From Akkermansiaceae bacterium (GTDB lineage Bacteria > Verrucomicrobiota > Verrucomicrobiia > Verrucomicrobiales > Akkermansiaceae), in the NCBI GenBank assembly GCA_024233135.1, contig JACKPZ010000007.1:52864-116863 (forward strand): a stretch of 64,000 nt of DNA, read 5' to 3'. Position numbers and translations under genes: made by a program. The notes under the pieces were generated by a model. That model had not been told where the DNA came from. It did not search any database and worked only from the letters and a program-made list of their open reading frames with translations. Within the stretch, counting starts at the first letter, position 1. Every line of letters starts with the position of its first letter. Shown in pieces: positions 10,936 through 20,647 of the stretch.

Positions 10936-13785
10936 ATGGGTATGAGCCACCCCACCTGCACCCGCTGCGGAGCGACGCTTTCCCCGGACGCCGCCGGCGG
11001 CCTCTGCCCGCGCTGCCTGCTCGCGATGAACTTCGAATCGCGCACGATCCCCGACGGCGAGGGACCTTCGTCATCGCCGCCGCTCACTCCCGAGGAACTC
11101 GCCGACAAGTTTCCCCTCTACGACATCCTCGAATGCCTCGGCCGCGGTGGCATGGGCGTCGTTTACAAGGCACGGCAGAAAACCCTCGACCGCGTGGTGG
11201 CCATCAAGCTGCTCGCCGGCGAGCGGCAGGGCGATCCCGGCTTCGCCGCGCGTTTCGAAACCGAGGCCAAAACCCTCGCCCAGATGAGCCATCCGAACAT
11301 CGTCACCGTCCACGACTTCGGCGAAACCGGCGGCCTGTTCTACATCGTCATGGAATATGTCGATGGCGTGAACCTCCGTGACTTGTTAGGCGAAGGAAAA
11401 ATGGCTCCCGAACAAGCCCTCGCCATCGTCCCGCCCATCTGCGAGGCGCTCGAATACGCCCACGGCAAGGGCGTCGTCCACCGCGACATCAAGCCGGAGA
11501 ATCTTCTGCTAGACCGCGAAGGCCGCATCAAGATCGCGGACTTCGGGATCGCGTCACTGGTCGGTGCCACCGGCGAGAAATCCGGCACGCCACCCTACAT
11601 GGCACCGGAGCAGGAAAGCGGCAGCGTCGACCGCCGTGCCGACATCTACGCACTCGGCGTGGTGCTTTACGAAATGCTCACCGGCGAGCGACCTACGACC
11701 AACGTCGTAGAACCGTCGAAGAAGGTGCAGGTCGATGTGAAGATCGACGAGCTGGTGCTGCGCGCTTTGGAAAAGGAACCCGAGCGCCGTTACCAGACCG
11801 CGGGCGAGTTCCGCACGGTGGTGGAGACGATTGCAGGCGAGCCTGGCCCGGAACGGCTGGTGCAGGCGTCGGAGGACGACGGGTGGGTGATCCGCTGCAC
11901 GGCATGTGGGAAGACGCGTCCGTTCGCAGAAACCGGTGGAATCCGCCACAAGGCGGCTTCGATCGGCAAGCGGACGCTGGCCTTCTGCGGATCCTGCGGG
12001 AAACTGCGGATCGCCGCGATCGAGAAGATCCAAGTTCCTACACCGCATTCGTCATCCGCGAACTCCGCTCCGCGGTCCCAGCGGACAGGGCGATGGTGGT
12101 TGTTGTTCCTCATGATGGTTCCTCTTGGATTCATTCTGGGGGGGATCGCGGGGCTGTTCGTTAGTCGCTTTCTTGCTGCCGAGTTTGAGGCTCAGGCGGT
12201 GATCCAGCTTCCAGCTACCGCTCCTCGATCATCCATGGTTAGGAGTATCCAAAGTCGTGAGGTCTTCAATGAGGTGTCCCATCGGCTCGGCCTTCCCGCG
12301 AAGTGGTCGGTTCCGAACGAGGAGGTGGTGACTCGTCTACGCGAAAGCGTTTCGGTTGAGAATCTTCGTGGGACGGATTTGTTCCAGGTGAAAGTCCGGT
12401 CGGACGATCCCAATGAGACGGCCCAGTTGGCAAACACGGTTGTGCAAGCCTATCAATCGAGTGGGAGAAGTCAGGGTGTGATCGTTCATGAAAAAGCTGC
12501 GACTCCACGTTCGCCGGTGTCGCCGAATCTCCTGGCGGGCACTCTTTCGGGTGCGACCTGGGGGTTGGTGGGATCCTTTCCCCTGGCGTTCGCCGCGACT
12601 CTCCTTCGAAGGAAGGCCAGACTCAAACCTGTCTTCATCCGCCCGCCCTCGAACGTTGTCTCGCGTTGGGCGCTGGCGTTGCTGGTGGTTGCGCTGCTTG
12701 GCACGCCTCTTCTGTTGGCACTGGTCCCGGGGGGGCGACATGACTGGGTATTGGTGTTCGGAAGCCTGTGTGTGGTGGGATCGATCTCCTGTGGGGTTGT
12801 TTCGAGAAACACCAAGGAGGGACGAGCGGTGCTGCTCGCCTGGATGGTCGTGCTCGATCTTTCGCTCATCGCGTTGGTTGCGTTTTTTCACTCGTTCAGA
12901 AGTGCGGAACGCAAGGCCCATGAGCTACAGGAGCTGGCGGAACTTCGAACTTGGGATGATTGGGATGAATCCATGAAGGTGACGGACCAAGTCCTCGTCG
13001 AAGACCTCGCCCTCCACATGATCGTCGCGATCCGTGAGAAAGATGATGAAACGCTCAAGTCGATGGCGGCCGACCGGATCGAAGGCTGGCCGGAGGCACT
13101 GCCGGTGTTCGCCGTCGAACTGCGTGAGCGGATGCGTCAGATCACCGGAGATGATCGTTTCGACCTGCGGGCCGGCGAGAGTTTGGTGGAGGGCGATCTG
13201 GCCGCGGTGCGCTGCACCGGACCGGAAAAAGCTGGACGGCAAGTGTCTGGTGATGTGTTTCGTCCGCGCGGCGGACGGGTGGAAAAACCAACTGCTGCGC
13301 AACGGGACCAAAGATATGCCGTTGATGGGATTCCTCACGGATTTCCGGAAGCAGTTGGAGCGGGCGGCCGAGAAAAGAACTCCTCCCGAGACATCGCAAC
13401 GCCCGGACGAGCCGGCGCGCGATGCGGCCCGCGGACTGGCCGAGGCGGAGGAAGCGTTGAGGTCGCAAACCGCTATCTCGATCTCGAACTTGCTGCGATC
13501 GACGCGCGGATGGCGGGTCTGGGAGACATGCATCCGCAATCGGTCGTCGCGAAGGAGTCGCCTGATCGGTTCCACGAGAAACATCCCGGATTCCCGGACG
13601 AGACGAGCAGCCGGCTCGCCGCCGGTCGCATCGAAGGCGAGCGGTTGGAGTTGAAGCGCCAAGCGAAGCCGGCCTGGGCGATGGTCATCCGGCGCTGCGC
13701 ATGCGGATGGAACGAATCGAAGCCCTCACCGCGATCGCGGCGGGTGATCCGGTTCCGGCTGGGAATGAATGAGCCATGGACCTGA
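10936..13785 (+). CDS. Membrane Ser/Thr (Hanks) kinase with a modular C-terminus; apparent frameshifts after ~13230
   Basis: N-terminal CxxC...CPxC, GRGGMGVVY, VAIK, HRDIKPEN, DFG, GTPPYMAPE, several TM helices; protein-like sequence continues in another frame after the A-run at ~13225-13230. Confidence 0.88.
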   Translation: MGMSHPTCTRCGATLSPDAAGGLCPRCLLAMNFESRTIPDGEGPSSSPPLTPEELADKFPLYDILECLGRGGMGVVYKARQKTLDRVVAIKLLAGERQGDPGFAARFETEAKTLAQMSHPNIVTVHDFGETGGLFYIVMEYVDGVNLRDLLGEGKMAPEQALAIVPPICEALEYAHGKGVVHRDIKPENLLLDREGRIKIADFGIASLVGATGEKSGTPPYMAPEQESGSVDRRADIYALGVVLYEMLTGERPTTNVVEPSKKVQVDVKIDELVLRALEKEPERRYQTAGEFRTVVETIAGEPGPERLVQASEDDGWVIRCTACGKTRPFAETGGIRHKAASIGKRTLAFCGSCGKLRIAAIEKIQVPTPHSSSANSAPRSQRTGRWWLLFLMMVPLGFILGGIAGLFVSRFLAAEFEAQAVIQLPATAPRSSMVRSIQSREVFNEVSHRLGLPAKWSVPNEEVVTRLRESVSVENLRGTDLFQVKVRSDDPNETAQLANTVVQAYQSSGRSQGVIVHEKAATPRSPVSPNLLAGTLSGATWGLVGSFPLAFAATLLRRKARLKPVFIRPPSNVVSRWALALLVVALLGTPLLLALVPGGRHDWVLVFGSLCVVGSISCGVVSRNTKEGRAVLLAWMVVLDLSLIALVAFFHSFRSAERKAHELQELAELRTWDDWDESMKVTDQVLVEDLALHMIVAIREKDDETLKSMAADRIEGWPEALPVFAVELRERMRQITGDDRFDLRAGESLVEGDLAAVRCTGPEKAGRQVSGDVFRPRGGRVEKPTAAQRDQRYAVDGIPHGFPEAVGAGGREKNSSRDIATPGRAGARCGPRTGRGGGSVEVANRYLDLELAAIDARMAGLGDMHPQSVVAKESPDRFHEKHPGFPDETSSRLAAGRIEGERLELKRQAKPAWAMVIRRCACGWNESKPSPRSRRVIRFRLGMNEPWT

Positions 13786-13843
13786 CGGTGCGTCCCATTC
13801 GTTTTTCTGTCCGATTTGGCGTCCGTCGGCTACTGAAGGGTAA

Positions 13844-15730
13844 GTGAACGCCTCATCCGATCCCCAACTGTTGCGAGCCTATGCCGAACGCCGTTCCGAG
13901 AAAGCGTTTGCAGAACTGGTCCGGCGGCACATCGACCTTCGTGCATTCCGCCGCGCTGCGGATGGTGAGCGATCCGCATTTGGCCAAGGACGTCGCAGGG
14001 AGTGTTCGTGGCGCTGGCGAAGGATGCCGGGAAACTCGCGGATCATCCGGTGCTTTCCGGTTGGCTGCACAAGACCGCGCGGAACATCGCCGGTCAAACG
14101 ATTCGTTCCGAGTCACGCCGCCGTCACCGCGAACGACAAGCCGCCGCGATGAATGCATCATCCGTAAACGACTCCCCTTGGGATGAAATCGCCCTCATCT
14201 CGACGCCGCGCTTGGCGATCTGAGCGACTCGGACCGCGACGCCGTGTTGCTCCGCTATTTCGAAAACAAACCTGCTGCCGAAATGGCGGCGATTCTCGGC
14301 ATCAGCGCCGAAGCCGCCCAAAAACGCGCGTCAGCCGTGCGGTGAGAAACTGCGCGAAACCTCTCCAAACGCGGCATCACCGCAGGAACCGCCGCTGACT
14401 AACGGCGCCATCTCCGCCAACGCCGTGCAAGTGGCTCCTGCTGATTGGCGGCGGTTGTTTCCTCCCTGCGATGGGGGAAGCGGTGCTTGCCATGGCAGCG
14501 GCTACCAAGGGTTTTGCCATGACCACATTCTACAAAGCTCTTGCCGTAGCAGCCGTGGCCGCGTTTGCCGGCACACAGCGATCTATCAGATAACGCGGCC
14601 GCGCCCAAGCGCGGGAACTGCGGTAGGGCGGATTCATCCAAACCTGCTTCCCGGCACGAAGTCGACCGACGGAGGCACGATTCCCTCGTGGAACGGCTTT
14701 CTTGCCAAAGCCCGGGCCGAAAAGCCACCAATCGACCGGAAGGCGGAACTGGCGCGGCTGAAGGTCCTGTGGATGGAGCCCGGACAAGAATTCGGGACTC
14801 ATCACGAAAGAGCACAAGAAGCTGGCAAACGAGACCGCGAAGGCATTGTTGAGCGGCGGGAGGCGCTGGAGTTGGTGGTTTTCTGAAGGCGAACCAGCGT
14901 AACATAGCCGCCGACGTGGTTGGCGACGGTATATCCGAATACCTCGCCGCCACTCACGATCCGGAAGCCCTGAGGTTGTTGATCGAGGAATCCAGGGAAA
15001 ATCGCCATGAAATGCTGGCACTGCGGGGAGATCCGGTGGCGTGGAAGTCAGCCGCCAGCCAACGCCATCAAATGCTGGCGACATGGAGCAAGGCCGCTGG
15101 AGAAGCTGCACGCCGGAAACACTGGAGGAGTTGCGCGGCGGATTGCAAGATGAGGCATTCTCCCGTGAAGCGCTGATCGGTTATAACACACAACTCATGC
15201 AAAGCGACCCTGAGGCGGCGGTCCGCGCCACGGTGAAAGCTCTGGAGTCGCGGATCCAATCGCCCTCGGGCTACGAAAGTATCAAGCTGCTGTTCTGGGA
15301 AGACCTGCCCCCTGAGCTCGATTTCGCCAAACTCGAAGCACTGCTGCCAACCGATGCGACACCTCCCGAATCGGGACCCGATCTGGATCCCATCGCAAAC
15401 GGTCGCAGGGCGCTGTTCTGAAAATGGGGAGAACGGGACCCTGCGGCGGCGGCCAACTACGTCATCGAGCATTCCGACCGGCTCAACGTGAAGTTGATCG
15501 AAGGAATCGTAGGCGCCTACTTCTACAAGGATCCCAACGCGATCGTTCCGTGGGTTTCCCAGTTTCACCGAAGGCGAGGTTTTCGATACGGCGGCCGCCA
15601 GCGCCGCCATTTATGCCAGAGGCCAGCCCGGGATTTCGGAGGTGATCGAACGGATTCAGGATCCGGAAGTTAGAGAGAAAGCCCGCAAAAGCGCGAACGT
15701 TCCTCTTGTCAATCCGGAATACCCGTTAGG
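13844..15730 (+). pseudogene. ECF sigma factor with a long C-terminal extension, broken by multiple frameshifts (probably sequencing errors)
   Basis: Joined frames give SDPQLLRAYAERRSEKAFAELVRRH..VHSAALR..VFVALA..LSGWLHKTARN..LSDSDRDAVLLRYFENK..ILGISAEAAQKR; the 3' end is uncertain. Confidence 0.7.
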
Positions 15731-17144
15731 TCCCGGCCCCGGATTCACCTCGCCGCCACCAGGTCGTATCCCGCCAGTCGTGGATGGTGACATCGGCGAA
15801 GGAGCCGACGGGGATCGACTCATCGACGTGCACCGAGCCGTCGATTTCCGGGGCGTCCCACTGGGTGCGGCTGACGCCGGGTTCCTCGACGAGGACGCGG
15901 ACGGTCTTGCCGACTTGTTCCTGGTTCAGCTCGCCGGCGATTTTCTGGAGCTCGGCCATGGCGCGGGACCATCGGCTCTTGCGGGTCATGTGATGGAGTT
16001 GGCCATCCATCTTGTAGGCGCGGGTGCCTTCTTCCTTGGAGTATTGGAATACACCGGCGCGCTCAAAGCGGAACTCGCGGATGAACTCCAATAGTTCCTC
16101 GAAGTCCTCCTCGGTCTCGCCGGGAAAACCGACGATGAAAGTCGTTCGGATGCCGAGGCCAGGAATGCCGGCGCGCATGCGGCGCAGCAGGTCGCGGATG
16201 TAGTCGCCGGAGGTCACGCGTTTCATCGCGGTGAGCATGCGGTCGGAGATATGTTGCAACGGGATGTCCACATACTTCGCCACCTTGTCGCACTCGGCGA
16301 TCGTCTGGATCAACTCGTCCGACCAATGCGCCGGGTGGGTGTAAAGCAGGCGCACCCAGAAGTCTCCGGGGATCTTTTCGATCTCGCGCAGCAGTGTGCA
16401 GAGCGAGTTGCCGCGGCTGGAATCGACGGGAGACGACGGCTTCGGCCGGTCGCCCTCCCATTGGTCCATGCCGAAATAGGTGGTGTCCTGGGAAATCAGG
16501 TTGATCTCTTTCACGCCGGATTTCACCAGCGCCTCGACCTCTCTCAACACGCTCTCCTGCGTGCGCGAGCGGTGCATGCCGCGGATCTTCGGAATGATGC
16601 AGAACGTGCAGGTATGGTTGCAGCCCTCGGCGATCTTGACGTAGGCGTAGTGGTCCGGTGTGAGGCGGAAACGAGGCGTGGTGTAGTCCGGAACGTATTG
16701 CGGCTTGAGGGTGACGAAGTCACGCGGGTCGTCGGTGGCCGCGGGGCCTTCGGTTTTCGCGACCTCGGCGTCGTTCTTCTTTCCTAACAGATTCTCGATG
16801 ATCGGCGCGACCTTCGTGATCTGGTCCAGGCCGATGAAGGCATCCACCTCGGGCATGATGCCGGGAAGCTCGGTGGCGAATCGTTGCGACAGGCAGCCGG
16901 CGACAATGATTTTCTGGCGTTCGCGTTCGGGGTCCTCCTTGCGGGCGTCCACGGCGCCGAAGATGGCGTCGATGGACTCCTTTTTCGCCATGTCGATGAA
17001 CGAGCAGGTGTTGACGATGAGCACGTCGGCGAGTTCGGGATCCGGCGTGAGCGACATGCCGGCCTCCGCGAGGTGGCCCATCATGACTTCGGAGTCGATG
17101 AGGTTCTTCGCGCAGCCGAGGGAAACGAGACCTACGGTTGTCAT
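15726..17144 (-). CDS. rimO: Ribosomal protein S12 methylthiotransferase RimO
   Basis: SLGCAKNLIDSE, NTCSFI, radical SAM motif EGCNHTCTFC, DAPEIDG in the TRAM region; last codons appear frameshifted. Confidence 0.95.
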   Translation of the reverse strand: MTTVGLVSLGCAKNLIDSEVMMGHLAEAGMSLTPDPELADVLIVNTCSFIDMAKKESIDAIFGAVDARKEDPERERQKIIVAGCLSQRFATELPGIMPEVDAFIGLDQITKVAPIIENLLGKKNDAEVAKTEGPAATDDPRDFVTLKPQYVPDYTTPRFRLTPDHYAYVKIAEGCNHTCTFCIIPKIRGMHRSRTQESVLREVEALVKSGVKEINLISQDTTYFGMDQWEGDRPKPSSPVDSSRGNSLCTLLREIEKIPGDFWVRLLYTHPAHWSDELIQTIAECDKVAKYVDIPLQHISDRMLTAMKRVTSGDYIRDLLRRMRAGIPGLGIRTTFIVGFPGETEEDFEELLEFIREFRFERAGVFQYSKEEGTRAYKMDGQLHHMTRKSRWSRAMAELQKIAGELNQEQVGKTVRVLVEEPGVSRTQWDAPEIDGSVHVDESIPVGSFADVTIHDWRDTTWWRRGESGAGT

Positions 17145-17154
17145 GGGATGGATT

Positions 17155-17224
17155 CTGAAATGCGGAGATGCTGAAACGCTGAAATTGTTCCGGGCGAAGC
17201 TCTTTCAGCTTCTCCGCATTTCAG
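17155..17224. repeat. 22-bp imperfect inverted repeat built from GCTGAAA-like units, just upstream of rimO
   Basis: CTGAAATGCGGAGATGCTGAAA (17155-17176) versus TTTCAGCTTCTCCGCATTTCAG (17203-17224); 1 mismatch. Confidence 0.8.
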
Positions 17225-17244
17225 CTTCTCAGCTTTTACCTCCG

Positions 17245-17907
17245 CTAGTACTGCGGCGGGAGGATCAACTCGTCGCCGGGTTGCGGTTCGATCGGGCCGA
17301 AGCCGGGGAGGGGATTGGCGATGGCGCCTTCGGCGCTGACGTCGGAAACCTTGAGCTGGCCGAGGATGCCGGTCTTGCGGCGGATGGCGAGGATGGTGCC
17401 GGGCTGGACCTGCTCGGGCATCATGACGTCGATGGTGGCGAACCCACCGTAGTCGGGATCTTCGACGTACTCGCGCACCTTGGCGACGAGCAGTGCCTCG
17501 GCGATCATGCGGGCGCGGCGGAGTTCCGTGTCACCGCTTTCCAGATTGCGCTGGGCGAGCAGGCCCTCCTCATCTTGTTCGACCTTGGCATCGCGTTCGG
17601 CTTTTTCGGCTTCCAGCTCCTGAAGCGCGGCCTTGCCGGCTTCCAACTCGGCCTTCATCGCGGCGATGTCGGCGGCATTGAGTTCCGGCGACGCCGGCGC
17701 GGGGGTCGCTGCCTGGAGTTGCTGGAGCTCGCGCTGCATCTTGAGATTGTCCTGCTCGCGGCGGAGCTCGGTGATCTGCTTCTTGAGGCGCTCGAGTTCG
17801 TCGGGCGAGGTATCGGCGACGCCTTGTTTCATTCCCTGCCAGGAAACCGCGAGCGCGCCGAGCAGCAGCGCGACGGTGGCACCCAGGAGAAGCTTCATCG
17901 TGTCCAT
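17245..17907 (-). CDS. Hypothetical membrane-anchored coiled-coil protein
   Basis: N-terminal hydrophobic anchor, coiled coil, C-terminal beta-rich domain ending QPGDELI. Confidence 0.7.
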   Translation of the reverse strand: MDTMKLLLGATVALLLGALAVSWQGMKQGVADTSPDELERLKKQITELRREQDNLKMQRELQQLQAATPAPASPELNAADIAAMKAELEAGKAALQELEAEKAERDAKVEQDEEGLLAQRNLESGDTELRRARMIAEALLVAKVREYVEDPDYGGFATIDVMMPEQVQPGTILAIRRKTGILGQLKVSDVSAEGAIANPLPGFGPIEPQPGDELILPPQY

Positions 17908-17984
17908 GCGCGGAACGGTGGCGGGACGGAACGCGGATGTCAACTGGGCTCGCAGGCCCGCCCTTCGCCCTCCGCGGGGGGCGA

Positions 17985-19379
17985 TCACGGGTCCTTCGCG
18001 TCGTCTCCGCCGGAAACGAATCCGCCGACGATGGCCTTGAGTTTCAGCCACTCGCCGGAGTCGCAGCGGACGAACTCCTCGATTTCCCGGCCACGCCAGC
18101 GGACGGTGGACTCGTTGCCCTCGATGGTCATCTCGACGTCGCTCTCGGTGCCGAAGCCCTCCTGCTTCATCTTTCGCTCGCCGCCGATGGGTGCCAGGTC
18201 GAGTGTCTGCGAGTAGCTTGTGAAATAGCCGTGGCTCAGGTCATCGCCGGGTCCGCGAATGTTGAACGACCCGATGTGGTTTCCCGTTTGGAGCCGCTTG
18301 CAGAACGTTTCCAGTGCTTGCTCGGGAGGATTCGCCCCGTGTTTCCGGACGAAGGCCCGGACCTTTTCGAGGTCCGCCGCTTGGGAGGGTGTCGGGTGAA
18401 ACGGCGGCTCGCGATCAAACAGGAGCCCCACTACACAGGAAACGATCGCGAAGCAGGCGAGTGCGATCGCCCAGCCCCGCACGGCGTGCGTCACGAACAC
18501 GACCCGCCGTTGACGCATCACCCGCACGATGAGCGCGAGCACCGCGGTCATGAGGACGGCCGGAAGAACCTGCTGGAGCCAGAACGGCGCGCGGTTCACT
18601 GGAAACCAGCCGGTGGAATGTCCCGCCACGAGCGGGGCTCCGAGCGCGATGTGGTAGAGGAGGACCGGCCAGGTGAACACAAGGACGAAACCGAGCAGAA
18701 ACACCGCGAATCTCATCGCGGCGTGGCTGCCTCGGGACATCAGCATGGCGACGACGACCCAGATGATCGGCGATCCGAGATCGAACGAGTTGTCATGGAT
18801 CGCCCGCCAGACGGTATCCCCGATGCCCCAGGCGAGGACAAGAAACGCGGTGGCCCTCAGCAGCCGGTCGGCAGCCGGCGGCGGGACGTTTCCATAGAGC
18901 CGGAGCAGGATGTGGGCGGCGAAACCGGCGGCGTCGCGGTTTTCGGATGCCCTCGGCCCGGCGATGTGGAGCGTGGACGGTTGATGGCGGAGCAGCCATT
19001 TCTCGAGGATGCGGAGTGATTCCTCCGGAGCCTGCGATGTCCGGTCGAGCACGAGCACGGGTTTTCCGAGATCGCGGGCGGTCTCTTCCGTGAGGTCGGT
19101 GCCCGGAGACTTGGTCGATGCCGCGGAACTCGTCACGATCAAGGTCGCGTCCGAGTCGCGGGTGTTCCACACCGTTCGCTCGGCCGGGTCGGCGGACGGT
19201 GTTTCGCGGAGTTCGGGAAACTCGGTCGCGGACACCGGCCCATCCTCCGCGAGGCGGCCTGCGGGCACCCACCCGCCGACGGGCACTCCGCACTCGCGGG
19301 CGGCTTGTAAGGCGGCCCTGTCCACTCCGGTCTGACCGCCGGAGATGATTTTGCCGGGAGTCCAAGAGCTGTGCTGCAT
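17985..19379 (-). CDS. SLOG (cpYpsA/'molybdenum carrier') domain fused to a multi-TM region
   Basis: KIISGGQTGVDRAAL, GGWVPAGRLAEDG, RTVWNTRDSDATLI, LHIAGPRASE, then about 5 hydrophobic helices. Confidence 0.8.
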   Translation of the reverse strand: MQHSSWTPGKIISGGQTGVDRAALQAARECGVPVGGWVPAGRLAEDGPVSATEFPELRETPSADPAERTVWNTRDSDATLIVTSSAASTKSPGTDLTEETARDLGKPVLVLDRTSQAPEESLRILEKWLLRHQPSTLHIAGPRASENRDAAGFAAHILLRLYGNVPPPAADRLLRATAFLVLAWGIGDTVWRAIHDNSFDLGSPIIWVVVAMLMSRGSHAAMRFAVFLLGFVLVFTWPVLLYHIALGAPLVAGHSTGWFPVNRAPFWLQQVLPAVLMTAVLALIVRVMRQRRVVFVTHAVRGWAIALACFAIVSCVVGLLFDREPPFHPTPSQAADLEKVRAFVRKHGANPPEQALETFCKRLQTGNHIGSFNIRGPGDDLSHGYFTSYSQTLDLAPIGGERKMKQEGFGTESDVEMTIEGNESTVRWRGREIEEFVRCDSGEWLKLKAIVGGFVSGGDDAKDP

Positions 19380-19382
19380 CCT

Positions 19383-20636
19383 TCACGCCCGGTTCACCCG
19401 CCGCGCCTCGCCGCCCTCGATCCGCGACAGCTCCGCCTCAAACGCCAGCTCGTGGCCGGCGAATCCGTCGAGCCCGGGTTCGATCGCGTCCGGGCCGCGG
19501 AACATGCGGTCGAGCGAATCGACGAGGCCGAAGTCGCCTCCGCCATGGCCGGCGTATCCCTGGGCATCGACCTCCGGCAGCGGGATCGGCTCGACCCGTC
19601 CGTCGTGGTGATGGCGTAGCCAAAGCTCGGGCGCGCCGGCCTCGTTGAGCGGCGTGCCGCCGCGCAGTGAGGCCTTGGTACCGTGGATCTCCAACGTGCG
19701 TCCGCAGTCGAAGGCGGTCATGGTGAGCGTGGCGGTCACCCCGTTTTCCATCTCCGCGGCGACCACCTGGTGATCGACGACGTCGTTGTCGCAACGGTAC
19801 ACGCAGCGGCCCCACGGAGAGCTGCGGAGAAACTCAAGGATGCGCTCGTCATCCGCTTCCTCGGCGTGGTCCATCACCATGCCGAGCCAGCGGCGGCGGT
19901 CGCCGAGGTAGCGGTGGCTGTCATAGATGCACTCGCCGGCCGCGGGGCAGCCGTCGGTGCAGCGGGCCGGAGCACCATCCGGCGCTCTTTCGCCGGTGAA
20001 CCAATCGAGCGCGCCATGGCTGGTCACGGTTTTGGCCGCCGAGCCGGAGAGCCAGCACAGCAGGTCCGCGTCGTGGCTGCACTTCGCGACGATCATCGGC
20101 GTGGACGTCTCCGAGTTTCTCCAATGCCCGCGAACGAAAGAATGCGCCTGGTGGAAAGGCTCCACCCCTTCGCTGGCCCGGATAGTGACCACGCGGCCGA
20201 GGCTTCCGGCATCCACCACGTCCTTCACCGCGCGGTAGAATGGCGTGTAGCGGAGCACAAAACACAATGCGACGCGCCGTCCGAGCGTGCGCGCGAGCCC
20301 GTCGAGCTCGCGGCAGCGTTCGATGGATTCGGCAGCCGGTTTTTCTAACAAGATGTCGTATCCCGCGCACAGCGCCGCGGTGGCATGGCCGAAGTGGTCC
20401 TGGTCCTGCGTCGCGATGATCAACACGTCGGCGAGTTTTCCGGCATGGAAGAACGAATCGGCATCGGCGAACACCCGGACGTCGGGCCCGGCGAGGTCCG
20501 CGACGAAGGCGGTGCGGGTTTCCACCGGATCGACGGCGGCGGTGATTCGGTAGCGGCCGCCGAGCGATGCGGCGATCTTGGCATAACCGCGCCCGCGGGA
20601 TCCGCAGCCGAGAATCGCGATGTCGAGGGGGGGCAT
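19383..20636 (-). CDS. Gfo/Idh/MocA family oxidoreductase
   Basis: ILGCGSRG, LLEKP, HSFVRGHW, KCSHDAD, GHGGGD. Confidence 0.9.
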   Translation of the reverse strand: MPPLDIAILGCGSRGRGYAKIAASLGGRYRITAAVDPVETRTAFVADLAGPDVRVFADADSFFHAGKLADVLIIATQDQDHFGHATAALCAGYDILLEKPAAESIERCRELDGLARTLGRRVALCFVLRYTPFYRAVKDVVDAGSLGRVVTIRASEGVEPFHQAHSFVRGHWRNSETSTPMIVAKCSHDADLLCWLSGSAAKTVTSHGALDWFTGERAPDGAPARCTDGCPAAGECIYDSHRYLGDRRRWLGMVMDHAEEADDERILEFLRSSPWGRCVYRCDNDVVDHQVVAAEMENGVTATLTMTAFDCGRTLEIHGTKASLRGGTPLNEAGAPELWLRHHHDGRVEPIPLPEVDAQGYAGHGGGDFGLVDSLDRMFRGPDAIEPGLDGFAGHELAFEAELSRIEGGEARRVNRA

Positions 20637-20647
20637 GGTGGTGGGTT

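Noticed and set aside
13225-15780. Programmed frameshifting or phase variation
   Set aside because: Too many scattered indels, including in rimO; no single slippery tract; consensus error is more parsimonious.
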